Shown piece after piece: positions 35,162 to 37,472 of a DNA stretch of 37,472 nt (position 1 is its first letter; every line of letters starts with the position of its first letter). Made by a program: the position numbers and the translations under genes. The notes below the pieces were generated by a model. That model was given only the letters and a program-made list of their open reading frames with translations. It ran no database searches and was not told where the DNA came from. The DNA lies in the IMG/VR virus record IMGVR_UViG_2561511241_000010, one strand, 5' to 3'. The stretch comes from a virus. Taxonomy: Duplodnaviria > Heunggongvirae > Uroviricota > Caudoviricetes.

Positions 35162-35354
35162 GTGGGTTCACCTCAAAGCAGCACACGTTTTAAGCCAGTT
35201 CAGAGCAAGGCGCATTCATCCATGCCGTATGCACGGCTCCGGTAATTTGAGCCTCAAGGTTAATCACCGCTGGCGGCTGCTATCACGAGATGGCGGCAAG
35301 AACTGGGAAGTAATGAGTCACGAACGATACAGCAAAGTTAAGGACCGGAAATGA
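35133..35354 (+). CDS. Hypothetical basic protein
   Basis: 73-aa ORF, His/Arg-rich, overlap-coupled. Confidence 0.35.
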   Translation: MALTAIRIPEWVHLKAAHVLSQFRARRIHPCRMHGSGNLSLKVNHRWRLLSRDGGKNWEVMSHERYSKVKDRK

Positions 35355-35758
35355 ACGATAAACGCATCAGCACCACCTCAATTGACAGCGCCTTTTCCAA
35401 AGAGCTACAGCCTGTTTACGTCGTATCAAGGCACGGCTACTCGCGCCGTTTCCTCAGCAGGAGCGCGGCGATCAGCAACCTTGCTCACTACATGGTAACC
35501 AAAACTTTTCACCGTGCCGGTTTGAACACCAACGAACCAGACGAGCCTTTTTTCAGCAATGGTGTGCTCGTCAATCGCATGGGCCAGCACACACAGCAAT
35601 ATCTCTTTGCACATAACCGATGCATGCGGCGCATTCGCCGAATTCTGGAACGCAAGCGCGAAGCACTTAAGTGGCTCGGTAAGTGGGACGCGATGCATGA
35701 CCGATTCGTTAAAGAGGTTGATGCACTGCAGGCCATCAAACCAGCAGGGGTGAAATGA
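35351..35758 (+). CDS. Hypothetical protein
   Basis: 135-aa ORF overlap-coupled to neighbours. Confidence 0.45.
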   Translation: MNDKRISTTSIDSAFSKELQPVYVVSRHGYSRRFLSRSAAISNLAHYMVTKTFHRAGLNTNEPDEPFFSNGVLVNRMGQHTQQYLFAHNRCMRRIRRILERKREALKWLGKWDAMHDRFVKEVDALQAIKPAGVK

Positions 35759-35850
35759 TGAAGCCCTTCATTTTCAGCATCATTGTTTCCATGCTGCTGG
35801 CGGCCACCGTTATCGGCGCGCTGATTGAATATAAATTTTTGGTGAAGTAG
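35755..35850 (+). CDS. Possible 31-aa single-pass membrane peptide
   Basis: ATG overlapping the upstream stop (ATGA); MMKPFIFSIIVSMLLAATVIGALIEYKFLVK is one hydrophobic helix; not in the ORF table. Confidence 0.3.
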   Translation: MMKPFIFSIIVSMLLAATVIGALIEYKFLVK

Positions 35851-35861
35851 CGAGGCACTCC

Positions 35862-36146
35862 ATGAAAAAGCCAGTTTTAGAAGTTATTAAGCGTTGGAGA
35901 CGTTTAGCAACGGAGGCCAAGCAGCTGAAGCTCGCCACCATCCCTATCGACCCGGAAAATATGCTGATGGTGCTGGGGGAACTTCCAACCAGTGAAGACT
36001 ATCAGGCTGCAATCGATTTTTTACGCAAGAGAGCGGCCAGCGAACTTGATGGCGGTTTTAGAGCGCACCACAACGCACTTATCTATGCGGCAAATGAACT
36101 GGAAAATGCCCAGGCATTTGGGCGGGAGGTCGGTCATGAGTCTTGA
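35862..36146 (+). CDS. Hypothetical protein
   Basis: 94-aa ORF with plausible spacing; overlaps the xis start by 11 nt. Confidence 0.45.
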   Translation: MKKPVLEVIKRWRRLATEAKQLKLATIPIDPENMLMVLGELPTSEDYQAAIDFLRKRAASELDGGFRAHHNALIYAANELENAQAFGREVGHES

Positions 36147-36345
36147 TTGCGTACCTCTTTCAACCTACTGCCGGGACGCCGGAGAAACGGTTGAAGCCGT
36201 TAACAAACGGATACAAAGGGGGTTATGGAAAGAGGGTGTCCATGTATTAAAAGTCGATGGCGTTAAAGAACGCTGGATAGACTTAACGGAGGTTTCAAAG
36301 TGGGCAAGAAAGAACAAGGATCATTATCTCTCCCAAGAGGAGTGA
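36136..36345 (+). CDS. xis: Excisionase
   Basis: Start at internal Met 36136 (GGGAGG ribosome-binding site); 69 aa; resembles lambda Xis in its winged-helix segment; overlaps the int start. Confidence 0.6.
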   Translation: MSLDCVPLSTYCRDAGETVEAVNKRIQRGLWKEGVHVLKVDGVKERWIDLTEVSKWARKNKDHYLSQEE

Positions 36346-37472
36346 CCATTCGCCAGCATAAAACTGGCGATACCCTGGTGATCACATTCACCTACAAGGG
36401 GGTTCTCTGCCGGGAGCCCCTTTCCAGAATGGAAGCAAACGCGCGCGGCGTGAAGTATGCCGAGCGCCTGCTGGGGGAGATACAGAACCAGATCGCCGGC
36501 GGCACATTCGATTATGCGAAATACTTCCCCACCTCCAAAAAACTGGAGCTGTTCGGGGTAGTGAAGAAAACCAAAAATATTAAGTCCTACCTGGACGAGT
36601 ATCTGAAAATCTGCCAGAACCGCAACCTTTCGCCGTCCACTATTGGCGGTTATGAAAAGTGCCTGTCTGCGCTATCTGCGCTGCACAAAATGCATGTCTC
36701 GGAACTGACCCCTGCGGTCCTCAAAAACTGGATCGCCAGCAGAAAAACAAAGCTGAAAACGATCAGGAATAACCTCTCGTTTCTGCGCAGCGCCATAGAT
36801 GAAGCGGTGACAGACGGCCTGCTGACTATCAACCCGGTAACCCTTGTCAGCGCGAGTCGGTACCACGTGATCGACAGCAGCCCGAATAGTGACGATTACG
36901 AAGTTGATCCGTTCACACCAGCGGAAATCAGCGCTATTTACCAGAGCTGCAGATACCAAGAGTGGGAAAACCTGTTCCGTTTCGCATTCAATACTGGTTT
37001 ACGCAGCTCTGAGCTGTGTGCGTTGCGCTGGCCTGATCTCGACAATATCGCTAAAACAGCTCACGTTCAGGCGGCAAGTGTTGTTGGCGTTCTGAAAGGT
37101 ACCAAAACAAAAGCCGGTACCCGTAAAGTAGAATTAAACAGCGAGGCGCTGGCCGCGCTGCAGACGCAGAAACAATTCACTTTCATGAAAAGCGAGTTTA
37201 TTTTCAGCGATCCCAAAACGGGTGAGCCCTGGGCGAACGCCGACGCGATACGAAAAAAAGCATGGGTGCCAACCCTCAAAAAAGCTGGCGTTCGATACCG
37301 TAACCCGTACCAGACCCGCCACACATTCGCCACCAGACACATTAGCCAGGGCGTAAACCTTTTCTGGCTTGCCGGGCAGATGGGGCATAAAGGGCCGGAA
37401 ATGCTGTTCCGCAATTACGGTAAATACCTGGCTGAATACGACGGGAAAACCGCCATTTCTGCAGCTCTGTAG
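36300..37472 (+). CDS. int: Tyrosine integrase
   Basis: 390 aa; C-terminal catalytic region with RHTFATRHISQG and LAGQMGH...Y motifs; stop codon is the last three bases of the window. Confidence 0.9.
   Translation: MGKKEQGSLSLPRGVTIRQHKTGDTLVITFTYKGVLCREPLSRMEANARGVKYAERLLGEIQNQIAGGTFDYAKYFPTSKKLELFGVVKKTKNIKSYLDEYLKICQNRNLSPSTIGGYEKCLSALSALHKMHVSELTPAVLKNWIASRKTKLKTIRNNLSFLRSAIDEAVTDGLLTINPVTLVSASRYHVIDSSPNSDDYEVDPFTPAEISAIYQSCRYQEWENLFRFAFNTGLRSSELCALRWPDLDNIAKTAHVQAASVVGVLKGTKTKAGTRKVELNSEALAALQTQKQFTFMKSEFIFSDPKTGEPWANADAIRKKAWVPTLKKAGVRYRNPYQTRHTFATRHISQGVNLFWLAGQMGHKGPEMLFRNYGKYLAEYDGKTAISAAL

Larger units (their letters stand above)
1061..37472. mobile_element. Lambdoid prophage with HK97-type head module, adjacent to ssrA; int-proximal boundary lies beyond the window
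   Basis: Contiguous phage modules in lambda order from tail fibre to integrase; the exact left boundary relative to the ssrA 3' end is not determined. Confidence 0.85.

Noticed and set aside
35133-35354. RelE/ParE-like or HicA-like toxin call for the 73-aa basic protein
   Set aside because: Only a loose resemblance (WRLLSRDGG...SHERY) to toxin motifs; the segment is too short and lacks the expected beta-strand spacing, so it is left as hypothetical.
1-37472. CRISPR array or cas genes
   Set aside because: No regularly spaced direct repeats of 25 to 40 bp were seen; the only exact repeat pair (27 nt at 8129 and 8784) is 655 bp apart and flanks a protein-coding gene.

Overview
The window opens with host smpB (1..483) and the tmRNA gene ssrA (698..1060); everything after that is a near-complete lambdoid prophage with an HK97-type head module. 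Gene order mirrors phage lambda: a SOS-boxed dinI-like gene, tail fibre, J-I-K-L-M, tape measure, G/T chaperones with a lambda-like slippery site, major tail protein, head-tail joining genes, HK97-type capsid, protease, portal, large and small terminase, a candidate cos gap, and an HNH endonuclease. Beyond these lie two translationally coupled glycosyltransferase-like genes, an AT-rich moron, the lysis cassette, a TerB-like gene, a Q-like antiterminator, primase and helicase, the cro/OR/cI/OL immunity region, early-left genes, xis and int. The integrase stop codon is the last three bases of the window, so the far attachment site is not visible. All calls rest on reading the supplied six-frame translations and the nucleotide sequence by eye; no database search or computation was run, so family names are recognition-based and should be confirmed. 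The most unusual content is the glycosyltransferase pair (22934..24963) sitting in the packaging operon. Secondary candidates are two lipoprotein morons in the tail region, the AT-rich ORF at 25231..25581, the TerB-like gene in the late leader, and the AT-rich genes next to OL.
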